The notes under the pieces are model-generated. The model searched no databases, was not told the origin of the DNA, and worked only from the letters and a program-made list of their open reading frames with translations. The translations under genes and the position numbers were made by a program. From positions 15,132-79,131 of the forward strand of contig JBQTHU010000061.1 in the NCBI GenBank assembly GCA_052389535.1: a stretch of DNA of 64,000 nt, given 5' to 3'. Origin of the DNA: Betaproteobacteria bacterium (lineage in GTDB: Bacteria; Pseudomonadota; Gammaproteobacteria; Burkholderiales; SG8-41). Every line of letters begins with the position of its first letter. The stretch's first letter is position 1. Positions 48,947 to 58,868 of this stretch are shown in pieces.

Positions 48947-49510
48947 TCAGTCCAGGTATTCGAACACGCGCACAACCCGCTGCACCCCCCGCGTGGTGCG
49001 CGCGATCTGGGTGGCGGCGTCGGCTTCCTTGCGCGTCACCAGCCCGAGCAGGTAAACGACGCCCGCTTCGGTCACCACCTTGACGTGCACGGGACTGAAT
49101 CGCTGGGCGTCGACGAAGCGCGCCTTGACGACGGAAGTGAGATAGGTGTCGTTGGCGCGCGCCGAGAGCGCGCTGTTCGGGCCGACCGCCAGTTCGTTGA
49201 AGACGGTGCGCACGTTCTCGACGCCCTGCGCGGTTTTCTCGGCGGCGGACTTTGCTGCCGCATCCGCAACTTCTCCCGTCAGCAGCACCATGCGGTTGTA
49301 ACTCGTCACGTTGACGTGCGCGTTCTTCACGCGGTCGCCGATGCGATTGGCCGCCTTCAATTCTATCGCCTGGTCCTCGGTGATGGTCCCCACCGTGCGC
49401 CGGTCCTCTGCGACCATCACCCCGGTCGCCGCGGCGCCTCCGACGATGAGCGGCGCGCAACCGTTGACCAGAGGCACTGCCAGCAGCACGGCGAGGACGA
49501 GGCGTCGCAT
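48947..49510 (-). CDS. dolP: Dual-BON lipoprotein (DolP/YraP-like)
   Basis: Lipobox VNGC, DRRTVG, two BON domains; follows gmhA. Confidence 0.85.
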   Translation of the reverse strand: MRRLVLAVLLAVPLVNGCAPLIVGGAAATGVMVAEDRRTVGTITEDQAIELKAANRIGDRVKNAHVNVTSYNRMVLLTGEVADAAAKSAAEKTAQGVENVRTVFNELAVGPNSALSARANDTYLTSVVKARFVDAQRFSPVHVKVVTEAGVVYLLGLVTRKEADAATQIARTTRGVQRVVRVFEYLD

Positions 49511-49511
49511 G

Positions 49512-50114
49512 TCATTCCACTCCCAGTAACAGACAATCGATGGCATCGCAGAGGCAGTGCAGGGTGAGCAGGTGCACCTCCTGGATTCGGGCTGTGCTCT
49601 TGGCCGGAACGCAGATATGTATGTCCGTCGGCTGCAGCATCTCGCCCAGCTTTCCGCCGTTGCGTCCGGTGAGCGCGACCACGCTCATCTGACACTCGTG
49701 CGCCGCTTCGACACCGGCGATCACGTTGCGCGAGCTGCCGCTGGTCGAAATCGCGACCAGCAGGTCCCTCGCGCTGCCCAGTGCACGGATCTGTCTCGCG
49801 AACACCTGCTGGTAATCGTAATCGTTCGCGATGGCGGTCAGCGTGGAGGTGTCGGTCGTGAGCGCGATCGCGGCGAGCCCCGGACGCTCCATCTCGAAGC
49901 GATTGAGCAGCTCGGCTGAAAAATGCTGGCAGTCGGCCGCCGACCCTCCATTGCCGCAGGCGAGAATCTTTCCGTCGCCCCGCAGGCATTGCACCATGCG
50001 CTTGGCTGCCGCCGCGATCGGACCGGCGAGCGCGTCCATGCTCTGCAGCTTGAGGTGCGCGCTCTCCGAGAAGTTTTCGCTGATCCGGCTGATCAGATCC
50101 ATTTCGACCGCCAT
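49512..50114 (-). CDS. gmhA: Phosphoheptose isomerase (SIS domain; GmhA/DiaA family)
   Basis: [25 protein letters not shown]. Confidence 0.88.
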   Translation of the reverse strand: MAVEMDLISRISENFSESAHLKLQSMDALAGPIAAAAKRMVQCLRGDGKILACGNGGSAADCQHFSAELLNRFEMERPGLAAIALTTDTSTLTAIANDYDYQQVFARQIRALGSARDLLVAISTSGSSRNVIAGVEAAHECQMSVVALTGRNGGKLGEMLQPTDIHICVPAKSTARIQEVHLLTLHCLCDAIDCLLLGVE

Positions 50115-50141
50115 TGTACAGCAGCGCGCCTTCCGTACAAA

Positions 50142-50483
50142 TTACTCGCCGAATGCATTGCGTATCCATTCTATGCGCGGTTCATCGCCGCGAATCAGCA
50201 CCACGTCGAACCGGCACGGCGATGCGTCGCGGGAACGGGCGAGATAGTGGCGCGCGGCTGCGAGGAGTCGCGCGCGCTTGGCCGCGGTGATGCTTTCAGC
50301 AGCGCCGCCGAAGCTTTCGGAGCGGCGCTGGCGCACTTCGACGAACACCAGCGTGGCCCCATCGCGCGCGATCAGGTCTATCTCGCCGAACCGGCAGTGG
50401 TAATTGCGATGTGCTATGACGAGGCCGCGCGCGAGCAGGAAAGCGGCGGCAAGGGCTTCGGCAGCGGCGCCGCGCCGGTTCAC
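50142..50483 (-). CDS. yraN: YraN family (UPF0102) putative endonuclease
   Basis: RNYHCRFGEIDLI, VFVEVR, CRFDVV, WIRNAF; GTG start. Confidence 0.9.
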   Translation of the reverse strand: MNRRGAAAEALAAAFLLARGLVIAHRNYHCRFGEIDLIARDGATLVFVEVRQRRSESFGGAAESITAAKRARLLAAARHYLARSRDASPCRFDVVLIRGDEPRIEWIRNAFGE

Positions 50484-51598
50484 TGACCGCCCGCGAATAT
50501 GAGCAGCTTGCCGTCGGCGAAGTGCGCGCCCGTGAGTCCGCGGATGAACCGCTGATCCGGTCCGAGCCGCAATTGCCCGGTGACGCCATCCAGCGTCACG
50601 TTGCGCTCGCCCTTCATGATCGCCGCGCCCACGCGGAAGGCGTCGATGCCGAGCGCATAGAGCCGTTCGTGGTCGAGGGAGAACGCCGGGCGCGGATAGA
50701 CCATGACCGCGGGATGATCGGGCTGCAGCAGCCACGGCATGTCGAGGAAACGCACGCCGGCGAGATCGAATCCCGCGAGCGGCAGCCCCTGTCCCGGGTG
50801 AACCTGCGACGTTGCATAGACCGCAAGCGCGCCCACGTACGGCCGAACGAGTCTTGCCTGCGCGAAATCGAGCGCGAAGAACACCATGTCGGGCGCATCG
50901 GATCGTATGGCCTTGCGCAAGGTGGCGAGCGCGCCGAGATCCGCCGTATAAGCATACTCAGCAATGACCCTGCCGCCGAGCCTCGCGTAGGCCTCGGCGA
51001 ACCCCTGCTGGATGCGGCGCAGCAGCGGCGTGTCGCCGGCGATCGTGACCGCTTTCAGCCGGCCTTCATCGACTGCCAGCCGCGCGACCTGCGCCGCCTC
51101 CGCTTCGACGTGGAGGCTCAGCACGTAGAGGTTCGGGGGTAGCGGATAGTTGCCATCCGGCACGTTGAGCGCGACGGTCGGAACGGTCACCCGGCCGCTG
51201 GAGGAAAGCGCCGTCACGCCGTCGCGCGTAAGCGGCCCCACCACCAGGTGGGCGCCGTTGGCGACGGCCCGCCGGTACTCGAGCACGACGCTGTCGGGAT
51301 GATCCGCAAGCTCGTAGACGCGCAGCGGCAATGATGCGTCGCCGCCGAGTTTCGCTGCCGCGGCGAATCCGGATTTAACTGCGTCAGCGGCTCGCGCAAG
51401 CGCGCTGGAGCTTGCCGGCATGAGGAGCGCGATGTGAGCGACTGCGGGGACGAGCGGACGTCCTTCCGGTTGAGCGATGCCCGGCGCGGGAGCGGTAGCG
51501 GCAGGGCCTGCTTCGCTGGCGAACGCCGCCGCTCCTCCGTATAGTAGCGCCGTAACGGAAAGGACGAAAAACGAACGATGGAGCAGGCTGCAACGCAT
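50480..51598 (-). CDS. Penicillin-binding protein activator LpoA-like (C-terminal domain only); start uncertain
   Basis: IALLMP, VVGPLTR, FLDMPWLL, RLYALGIDA, GVTGQL. Confidence 0.82.
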   Translation of the reverse strand: MRCSLLHRSFFVLSVTALLYGGAAAFASEAGPAATAPAPGIAQPEGRPLVPAVAHIALLMPASSSALARAADAVKSGFAAAAKLGGDASLPLRVYELADHPDSVVLEYRRAVANGAHLVVGPLTRDGVTALSSSGRVTVPTVALNVPDGNYPLPPNLYVLSLHVEAEAAQVARLAVDEGRLKAVTIAGDTPLLRRIQQGFAEAYARLGGRVIAEYAYTADLGALATLRKAIRSDAPDMVFFALDFAQARLVRPYVGALAVYATSQVHPGQGLPLAGFDLAGVRFLDMPWLLQPDHPAVMVYPRPAFSLDHERLYALGIDAFRVGAAIMKGERNVTLDGVTGQLRLGPDQRFIRGLTGAHFADGKLLIFAGGQ

Positions 51599-52477
51599 CG
51601 CAGGACCGATAGCGGACAGAAGGGAACATTATATGTAGTGGGTACTCCCATAGGGAACCTTGGCGACATTACCCTGCGCGCGCTCGAAGTACTGAAAAAC
51701 GTCGATCTGGTTGCGGCCGAAGACACCCGCGTCACCTCCCGGCTGCTTCGCCACTACGGCATCACTGCGAAGCTGGTTTCGCTGCACGAGCACAACGAGA
51801 CGCGCGCAACAGCGCCGCTGTTGTCCATGCTGGACCGGGGCAGATCGCTGGCGCTGCTGAGCGATGCGGGTACGCCCGGCGTTTCCGATCCCGGCGCGCG
51901 TTTCACGGCGGCGGCCCGCACCGCGGGGTATCGCGTGAGCCCGATACCCGGCGCCAACGCGGCGGTGGCGGCGCTATCCGCGTCCGGCATCGCCGCCGCG
52001 CATTTTCTTTTTTACGGTTTCCTGCCGGCGCGCGCCGGGGAACGGCACAAGGAACTCGCGCGGCTTGCGTCTTGTCCGTTCACGCTCGTTTTTTTCGAGG
52101 CGCCGCATCGCATTCTGGAGAGCGTCGGGGACATGGCCGACATACTGGGCGCGGAGCGTGGAATCGTGATTGCGCGGGAGTTGACGAAGCTTTTCGAGGA
52201 CATCCACAGCTGCCCGCTGGGCGAGGCAGTCGAGTGGCTCGGCGGAGCAGAGGTCCGGCGCCGGGGTGAGTTCGTGCTGGTGGTGGAGGGCGCCGTGCCG
52301 CGACCGCCCGGGGACGAGGGCGTACAGCGCACGCTCGAAGCGCTGCTCGCGGAGCTGCCTCTCAAACAGGCGGTGTCGCTCGCGGCCAGGATCACCGGTA
52401 CCAGGCGCAACCGCGTGTATGAAATGGCGCTGGCGCTGGCCACCGGCGGATCCACGACGCCGGTCAAGGCCCGATGA
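51578..52477 (+). CDS. rsmI: 16S rRNA (cytidine1402-2'-O)-methyltransferase
   Basis: LYVVGTPIGNLGDIT, AEDTR, SDAGTPGVSDPG, RELTKLFE. Confidence 0.95.
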   Translation: MEQAATHRRTDSGQKGTLYVVGTPIGNLGDITLRALEVLKNVDLVAAEDTRVTSRLLRHYGITAKLVSLHEHNETRATAPLLSMLDRGRSLALLSDAGTPGVSDPGARFTAAARTAGYRVSPIPGANAAVAALSASGIAAAHFLFYGFLPARAGERHKELARLASCPFTLVFFEAPHRILESVGDMADILGAERGIVIARELTKLFEDIHSCPLGEAVEWLGGAEVRRRGEFVLVVEGAVPRPPGDEGVQRTLEALLAELPLKQAVSLAARITGTRRNRVYEMALALATGGSTTPVKAR

Positions 52478-53505
52478 AGACGATCACTATCACGCGCCCG
52501 GACGACTGGCATCTTCACTTGCGCGACGGCGCCCACCTTGGCGCTGTGGTGGGGCAGAGCGCACGGCGCTTCGCGCGGGCGATCGTCATGCCCAACCTCA
52601 AACCCCCGGTCACGACCACCGAACTGGCGCTGCGCTATCGCGACCAGATACGCACGGCGCTGCCACCGGGCACAACGTTCGAGCCCCTGATGACGCTCTA
52701 TCTCACCGACCACATGCGGCCTTCGGAAATCGAATCGGCGAGAGCGAGCGGCGCGGTGCACGCGGTGAAGTATTACCCCGCCGGTGCGACGACGAATTCC
52801 GAGTCCGGCGTGACCGATCTCGCGCGTTGTCACGGCGTGTTCGAGGCCATGGAAGCGTGCGGCATGCCGCTGCTGGTCCACGGGGAAGTGACCGATCCGC
52901 AGGTCGATGTCTTCGACCGCGAGCGCGTGTTTCTCGAACGGGTGTTGGCGCCGCTGCTTGCGCGCTACTCCCGGCTGCGTGTCGTGGTCGAGCACATCAC
53001 CACGCGCGAAGCCGTCGAATTCGTGGAGCGCGCGCCCGAGCGGGTCGCAGCGACCATCACCGCTCACCATCTGCTGCTCAACCGCAACGCCCTGTTCGCC
53101 GGCGGCGTGCGTCCCCATCACTATTGCCTGCCGGTGCTCAAGCGCGAGGAGCATCGCCGCGCGCTGGTCGAAGCCGCCACCAGCGGCAACCCGAAGTTTT
53201 TTCTCGGGACGGACAGCGCGCCGCACGCGCGCCATGCCAAGGAGGCGGACTGCGGGTGCGCCGGCGTATACACCGCGCATGCTGCAGTCGAGCTTTATGC
53301 CGAGGCATTCGCCGCGGCGGGCGCGCTCGAGCGCCTCAACGACTTCGCGGCTGTGTTCGGCGCGGCCTTCTACCGGCTGCCACGCAATGCGGACACACTC
53401 AGGCTGGCGGAAGACGAATGGCAGGCGCCGCGGGAGATGCCTTTCGGCCCCGATCGGCTCGTGCCTTTTCGCGCCGGCGAGGCGATACGCTGGAGGATAG
53501 TCTAG
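52474..53505 (+). CDS. pyrC: Dihydroorotase (type II)
   Basis: PDDWHLHLRDG, KYYPAGATTNS, GTDSAPH. Confidence 0.96.
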   Translation: MKTITITRPDDWHLHLRDGAHLGAVVGQSARRFARAIVMPNLKPPVTTTELALRYRDQIRTALPPGTTFEPLMTLYLTDHMRPSEIESARASGAVHAVKYYPAGATTNSESGVTDLARCHGVFEAMEACGMPLLVHGEVTDPQVDVFDRERVFLERVLAPLLARYSRLRVVVEHITTREAVEFVERAPERVAATITAHHLLLNRNALFAGGVRPHHYCLPVLKREEHRRALVEAATSGNPKFFLGTDSAPHARHAKEADCGCAGVYTAHAAVELYAEAFAAAGALERLNDFAAVFGAAFYRLPRNADTLRLAEDEWQAPREMPFGPDRLVPFRAGEAIRWRIV

Positions 53506-53511
53506 CGTGCC

Positions 53512-54138
53512 ATGAGTCGGAACCCGGATGCATCGTCACACATCGCGGTGGCGGGGCTTGTGCACCCGCGCTCGGCCTCTCAGATCGTGACGCATGCCGG
53601 CGAACTCTGGATCTTCGCCTACGGCTCGCTCATGTGGAATCCGGGATTTGCCTATGTCGAGTGGGCCCCGGCACTCATCTACGGCTACCACCGCGCGCTT
53701 TGCATTTCTTCGGACCGCTGGCGCGGCACGCCGCAGCGTCCGGGCCTGGTGCTGGGGCTCGCCCGCGGCGGCGCGTGCCGCGGCATCGCTTTCATGGTGG
53801 CGCGCGAGGACGTGAAACCGACGCTGGAAAACCTGTGGGCGCGCGAGATGCGGCGACACGTCTACCGCCCGCGGCTGGTGCGCGCCCGTCTGCCGGGCAG
53901 GGAGGTCCGTGCGCTTGCGTTTATCGCGGACCCGAACCATTACGCCTATACGGACGGCCTCTCCGTGCGGGTGATCGCCGCACGCATCGCGACCTGCTGC
54001 GGCTCTCGTGGGGACAATTTGGAGTATCTGGCGCGCACGGTGGTGCACCTGCGTGAACTGGGCGTGCGCGATCACCACCTGCAACGCGTGCTGGCGAGTG
54101 CGCGAGCCCTCGTTGCACGCCAGACCCGCGACTGCTGA
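53512..54138 (+). CDS. chaC: ChaC-family gamma-glutamylcyclotransferase
   Basis: WIFAYGSLMWNP, RGTPQRPGLVLGL, LWARE. Confidence 0.9.
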   Translation: MSRNPDASSHIAVAGLVHPRSASQIVTHAGELWIFAYGSLMWNPGFAYVEWAPALIYGYHRALCISSDRWRGTPQRPGLVLGLARGGACRGIAFMVAREDVKPTLENLWAREMRRHVYRPRLVRARLPGREVRALAFIADPNHYAYTDGLSVRVIAARIATCCGSRGDNLEYLARTVVHLRELGVRDHHLQRVLASARALVARQTRDC

Positions 54139-54155
54139 TAAACGTCCGGGGAGCG

Positions 54156-54671
54156 TTACGGAAAAACGAGCGTAGGTTCGAAGCCGCTCGGTATGGCATT
54201 GGGATGGCGGCGCGTCACCAGCTCGTTGATCTCGCTGATCTGGCCCAGCGGAACGTCAACCATCATGAGCACTTTCCCCCGCTGGAGTTCGGGGGCGAAG
54301 CGGGCGAGCCGCGAATTGGGCACCGCGCTGCCGGCAAGGCTCGACGCCCACGCTCCGAGAAGCGCGCCGAGCACCGCCGCGATGAGCACGGTGATGAACT
54401 GCAGGGAAGTACCTTCAGGCGGAAAGAAAACCGCGAGCAGTCCGCCCAACGTGCCGGCAACGCCGCCGATCACCATGCCGAGCTCTGCGCCGTGCACGAC
54501 GTCCGTCTTCTGAAATACCGTTGCCTCCGGAAGCTCGGACGGCAACGCGCCGCGATTGGCGAGAAAGTGCATGCGCCGCGCCTCGATGCGCGCGAGCAGC
54601 AGTTCGTTCATTATGTCGCGCGCGCTCGCGATGTCAGGGAGCAGGAAGTAGAGCCTCCGCCTGGTCAGCAT
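54156..54671 (-). CDS. DUF1269-like membrane protein
   Basis: RRRLYFLLPD, ELLLARIE, glycine-zipper TMs, GKVLMMVDVP; AGGAG RBS. Confidence 0.75.
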   Translation of the reverse strand: MLTRRRLYFLLPDIASARDIMNELLLARIEARRMHFLANRGALPSELPEATVFQKTDVVHGAELGMVIGGVAGTLGGLLAVFFPPEGTSLQFITVLIAAVLGALLGAWASSLAGSAVPNSRLARFAPELQRGKVLMMVDVPLGQISEINELVTRRHPNAIPSGFEPTLVFP

Positions 54672-54764
54672 ATCGCTCCTCCGTCGGTGTAAGCCTGTTC
54701 TCCTTGGAAACCCGGGAGGCACCTGGAGTTCGGGCGAGAGGCGGCAGCTGCTAAAATAAGCGGC

Positions 54765-55165
54765 GAAGCTGGCCAGACAGCCGCTGCGTATCTTGCGATA
54801 CGGAGAGGAAAGTCCGGGCTCCACAGGGTAGGGTGGCGGCTAACGGCCGTCCGCCGTGAGGCGAGGAACAGGGCCACAGAGACGAGTCTGCTGCGTTCCG
54901 CGGTCCGGGCTTCGCCGCCGCAAGGCGGCGAAGTCTCGAAAAAATGGGAAGGGTGCGGTAACGCATCCCGCCCTGAGTGTGGCATGCAGCAGGGTGAAAC
55001 GCGGCAACCTCCACCCGGAGCAACACCAAGTAGGCAAGCGATGACGCGACCCGCCGAGCTTGCGGGTAGGTGGCTTGAGCCCTGGAGCAATCCTAGGGCC
55101 TAGAGGAATGGCTGTCGGGGAGCTACGGCTCTTCACAGAACCCGGCTTATCGGCCAGCTTCCCCC
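54765..55165 (+). ncRNA. rnpB: RNase P RNA (class A)
   Basis: GAGGAAAGTCCGGGCTC and ACAGAACCCGGCTTAT conserved boxes; P1 helix GAAGCTGGCC/GGCCAGCTTC. Confidence 0.97.
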
Positions 55166-55172
55166 ATTCCAC

Positions 55173-55203
55173 GCATGTTGCATCCTCGCAACATGCCTGT
55201 TTC
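55173..55203 (+). terminator. Hairpin after rnpB
   Basis: GCATGTTGC-atcctc-GCAACATGC followed by ctgttt. Confidence 0.55.
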
Positions 55204-55369
55204 CCCGGCTTTTCCCGTACCGATTCGCCGGATCTTAAGGTATTACTTTTACAACATACTTTAATAGTTTGTATTTTAGGTTTTAGCTGATCGGGAAAAG
55301 GGACCTTCCCTGCAGTTGAACGATCAGACATAAGTCTTTGTCCGGTAAAAAGAAAACGCAATCCTCTGC

Positions 55370-55428
55370 TTGACCCCCGCGCACTCTTTGAAATATAGTG
55401 GGTTGAAGTGGTAGAAAGTGGGAGAAAG
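55370..55428 (+). promoter_or_regulatory. dcw promoter with MraZ boxes
   Basis: TTGACC-18 nt-TATAGT; AGTGG repeats at 55397, 55407 and 55417 (10-bp period). Confidence 0.8.
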
Positions 55429-55475
55429 CTGGCCAATTGGCTGTGGGTGGCCAGTGACCGCCCAAAGGGGGAAGT

Positions 55476-55922
55476 GTGTTCCGTGGCATCGCGCAGTTGA
55501 ATCTGGACAGCAAGGGACGGCTCGCGGTCCCGGCGCGCCACCGTGATGCGCTGCTGGAGCGCTGTGGGGGACACCTCGTTATCACTGCGGATGCCGATCG
55601 CTGCCTGCTCGTCTACCCCCTCCCGGACTGGGAACTCATCCAGCAGAGACTCGAGGGTTTGTCGAATCTGGACGCGCGTGTGCGTGACCTGCAACGACGC
55701 TTGATCGGTTTTGCTGTCGATGTGGACATGGATGCGGCAGGCCGCGTGCTGATCTCACCGGCGCTGCGCGAGTACGCGCAGCTCGACAGGAACGTCGTGC
55801 TCGTGGGGCAAGGAAGGAAATTCGAGTTGTGGAACAAGGACAGTTGGGATCAATTCATCGAGACAGCCGGCCGGCTCGGGTCCGGCGGGCTGCCTCCTGA
55901 GCTGGAGGGCTTCTCCTTGTGA
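55476..55922 (+). CDS. mraZ: Division/cell wall cluster repressor MraZ
   Basis: MFRG...[22 protein letters not shown]. Confidence 0.96.
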   Translation: MFRGIAQLNLDSKGRLAVPARHRDALLERCGGHLVITADADRCLLVYPLPDWELIQQRLEGLSNLDARVRDLQRRLIGFAVDVDMDAAGRVLISPALREYAQLDRNVVLVGQGRKFELWNKDSWDQFIETAGRLGSGGLPPELEGFSL

Positions 55923-56875
55923 GCTTCGGCTCACATACCGCAGTTTTGCTGGAGCGGGCGGTAGAGGAACTGAAGGTGCGTGCGGGCGGAACTTATGTGG
56001 ACTGCACGTTCGGTCGCGGCGGGCACAGTCGCATGATCCTGTCCCGCCTCGGCGAGCGCGGCCGGCTGATTGCGCTCGACCGCGATCCGGACGCAGTTAG
56101 GGCAGGAGCGGCGATTGAAGATGCGCGGTTCACGATGGTGCACGGAGCGTTCAGCGGAATCGGTCGATTGCTCGAGCGGCGAGGCATCGATCGGGTCGAG
56201 GGCATCCTGCTCGATCTCGGCGTGTCCTCGCCGCAGCTCGAGGATACGGTGCGCGGCTTCAGTTTTCGCATCGATGCGCCACTCGACATGCGGATGGATC
56301 CAAGCCGCGGTCTCAGCGCCGCGCAGTGGCTGGCGAGTGCACCCGAGAACGAAATCCGGGAGGTCATAAGAAATCATGGCGAAGAACGGTTTGCTAAACA
56401 GATTGCAGCAGCGATTGTTGCGGCTCGAGCGCGACGAGCTCTGGACACCACAGAGCAACTTGCCGCGCTCGTGGCAGAGGCCGTTCCCACGCGCGAGCCA
56501 CGTCAGGACCCGGCGACGCGCACGTTTCAGGCTATACGGATTCACGTCAATCAGGAGCTTGAGGAGTTGTCGCTAGCCCTGCCCCAGTGCGTCGCGCTGC
56601 TCGCCGCGCGCGGGCGCCTGGTGGTGATCAGCTTTCACTCGCTCGAGGATCGCATCGTCAAGCGCGTCCTGCGCAGGTTTGCCGGGGGTGATGCGCCGCC
56701 CGCGCGCGTGCCCCTGCGCGCTCGTGACATCGCGCCGCCGATGCTGAGGCTCGTCGGCCGGGCGCAGCGCCCCGATGCGGCGGAGATCGCCGCAAACCCG
56801 CGTTCGAGAAGCGCGGTCATGCGCGTCGCGGAACGTCTCGGCGAGAGCCGGTCTTCGGGAAAGGGTGCGCGCTGA
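55919..56875 (+). CDS. rsmH: 16S rRNA (cytosine1402-N4)-methyltransferase
   Basis: [38 protein letters not shown]. Confidence 0.96.
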   Translation: MSFGSHTAVLLERAVEELKVRAGGTYVDCTFGRGGHSRMILSRLGERGRLIALDRDPDAVRAGAAIEDARFTMVHGAFSGIGRLLERRGIDRVEGILLDLGVSSPQLEDTVRGFSFRIDAPLDMRMDPSRGLSAAQWLASAPENEIREVIRNHGEERFAKQIAAAIVAARARRALDTTEQLAALVAEAVPTREPRQDPATRTFQAIRIHVNQELEELSLALPQCVALLAARGRLVVISFHSLEDRIVKRVLRRFAGGDAPPARVPLRARDIAPPMLRLVGRAQRPDAAEIAANPRSRSAVMRVAERLGESRSSGKGAR

Positions 56876-57150
56876 TGACGAGGCTCAACCTGCTGCTGTT
56901 CGCCGCCCTCATCGCATGCGCGCTTGCACTTGTGACGGCACAGCACAAGTCGCGCAAGCTCTATGTCGAGCTGGAGCGAGAACAGGAGCTTGCCAAGCGG
57001 CTGGAAGTGGAATGGGGCCAGCTGCAGCTGGAGCAGCAGACCTGGGCGATGCACGGTCGCGTCGAGAAGCTCGCTGCGGAAAAACTCGACATGCGAGTGC
57101 CTCCTCCCACGCGGATACAGCTGGTTCCGAAGACGGCGGACAGATGGTGA
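56875..57150 (+). CDS. ftsL: Cell division protein FtsL
   Basis: TM plus leucine zipper EWGQLQLEQ; position in the dcw cluster. Confidence 0.92.
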   Translation: MTRLNLLLFAALIACALALVTAQHKSRKLYVELEREQELAKRLEVEWGQLQLEQQTWAMHGRVEKLAAEKLDMRVPPPTRIQLVPKTADRW

Positions 57151-58868
57151 ACCCGACGATGCCGATCCGGCTGCCGGCATGGCGGGCCCGGTTTCTGATC
57201 ATGGCGCTGCTCGGCTGCCTAGCGGTGCTCGCCGCCCGCGCGCTGTACCTGCAGGGGCTGCACTACGATTTTCTCCAGCGCAAGGGTGAATCGCGCTACT
57301 CGCGCGCGATCGAAATCAGCGCGACGCGGGGCATGATCGTCGATCGCAACAACGAGCCGCTCGCGATCTCGACTCCGGTGGAGTCGGTTGCAGCGAGCCC
57401 GGCGGACGTCGAGATCACTCCGGAACAGGCGGCGAAGCTTGCGCGGCTGCTCGGCATGGACAAGGCCGAAATTGCGAGGAGACTCTCCGAGCGCAAGCGC
57501 GAGTTTGCATACCTCAAGCGGCAACTGCCGCCCGATGAGGCGGAAAAGGTGGTCGCGCTTGGCATCCCGGGAGTGTTTCTCCAGCGCGAACACCGGCGTT
57601 ACTACCCGGCTGGCGAAGTGACTGCTCACATAATCGGCTTCACCGGCGTCGATCAGAACGGTCAGGAGGCGCTGGAGCTCGCTTTCGACGACATGCTGAC
57701 CGGCAAGGCGGGCGCGCGGCGAGTCATCAAGGATCGACTCGGCCATATCGTTGAAGACATCGAAAGCATCCAGCACCCCCAGCACGGAGCCAGGCTGACG
57801 CTCGCCATCGATGCCAAGCTGCAGTACCTGGCGTACCGGGAACTCAAAAGGGCGGTGGCGGAACACCGGGCCAAAGCGGGCGGGCTGGTGGTGCTCGACG
57901 CGCGCACCGGCGAAGTGCTGGCGCTTGCCAATCTGCCGACCTATAACCCCAACAACCGCGTGCAGTTCGACCCCAGGCGCACGCGGAACCGCGTAGTGGT
58001 CGATCTTTTCGAGCCCGGCTCGACGCTCAAGCCGTTCACCGCCGCCGCTGCCATCGAGGCCGGCGCGGTGGGTCCCGAATCGGTGATCCAGACCGCGCCC
58101 GGCCACATGACGATCGGCAAGCGCACCATCCACGATGCCCATCCGCAGGGCGCGCTCACCGTGACCCAGGTGATCCAGAAATCTTCGAATATCGGCGCGG
58201 CGAAGATGGCGCTTGCGCTGCCATCCGAGACGTTGTGGACGCTCTTTCACCGGGTGGGCTTCGGCACGCCGCCGCGTTCGGAATTTCCAGGCGAAGTGTC
58301 GGGCCGGCTGCGCGCGCATGCGAGCTGGCGGCCGATCGAGCAGGCGACGATGTCGTACGGGCACGGCATCTCCGTTTCGCTGCTGCAGCTTGCGCGTGCT
58401 TACAGCATTTTCACATCGGACGGCGAGCTGAAACCGGTAACACTGATCAAGCGAGAGACTCCCGTAGAGGGTGTGCCCGTCATCTCGGCGCAGACGGCAC
58501 GCGCCGTTCGCAACATGCTGGAACTCGCCGTCCAGCCGGGCGGCACGGCCCCGCGCGCGCAGGTGCCCGGTTACCGCGTCGCAGGCAAAACCGGTACGGC
58601 GCGCAAGATCGAAGGCAAGGGCTACGCGATAGGCAAGTACATCTCTTCTTTCGTGGGCTTTGCGCCGGTCTCGTCACCGCGGCTGATCGTTGCCGTGATG
58701 ATCGACGAGCCCGGAGCCGGGCAGTACTACGGAGGTGCAGTCGCCGCCCCGGTGTTCAGCCGCGTCACCGCCGAGGCGTTGCGGCTCCTCGGGATTTCGC
58801 CCGATGCGCCAGTGAACAATGTAGTACTTCCTCCGGCGGCGGTTCCGGAGATCAGGGAGGAGGTATGA
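57144..58868 (+). CDS. ftsI: Peptidoglycan D,D-transpeptidase FtsI (PBP3)
   Basis: RGMIVDRN, EPGSTLK (SxxK), SSN, KTGT. Confidence 0.96.
   Translation: MVNPTMPIRLPAWRARFLIMALLGCLAVLAARALYLQGLHYDFLQRKGESRYSRAIEISATRGMIVDRNNEPLAISTPVESVAASPADVEITPEQAAKLARLLGMDKAEIARRLSERKREFAYLKRQLPPDEAEKVVALGIPGVFLQREHRRYYPAGEVTAHIIGFTGVDQNGQEALELAFDDMLTGKAGARRVIKDRLGHIVEDIESIQHPQHGARLTLAIDAKLQYLAYRELKRAVAEHRAKAGGLVVLDARTGEVLALANLPTYNPNNRVQFDPRRTRNRVVVDLFEPGSTLKPFTAAAAIEAGAVGPESVIQTAPGHMTIGKRTIHDAHPQGALTVTQVIQKSSNIGAAKMALALPSETLWTLFHRVGFGTPPRSEFPGEVSGRLRAHASWRPIEQATMSYGHGISVSLLQLARAYSIFTSDGELKPVTLIKRETPVEGVPVISAQTARAVRNMLELAVQPGGTAPRAQVPGYRVAGKTGTARKIEGKGYAIGKYISSFVGFAPVSSPRLIVAVMIDEPGAGQYYGGAVAAPVFSRVTAEALRLLGISPDAPVNNVVLPPAAVPEIREEV

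Noticed and set aside
51578-51598. Head-to-head overlap of the lpoA-like gene and rsmI
   Set aside because: Probably due to uncertain start codons; the divergent arrangement itself is standard
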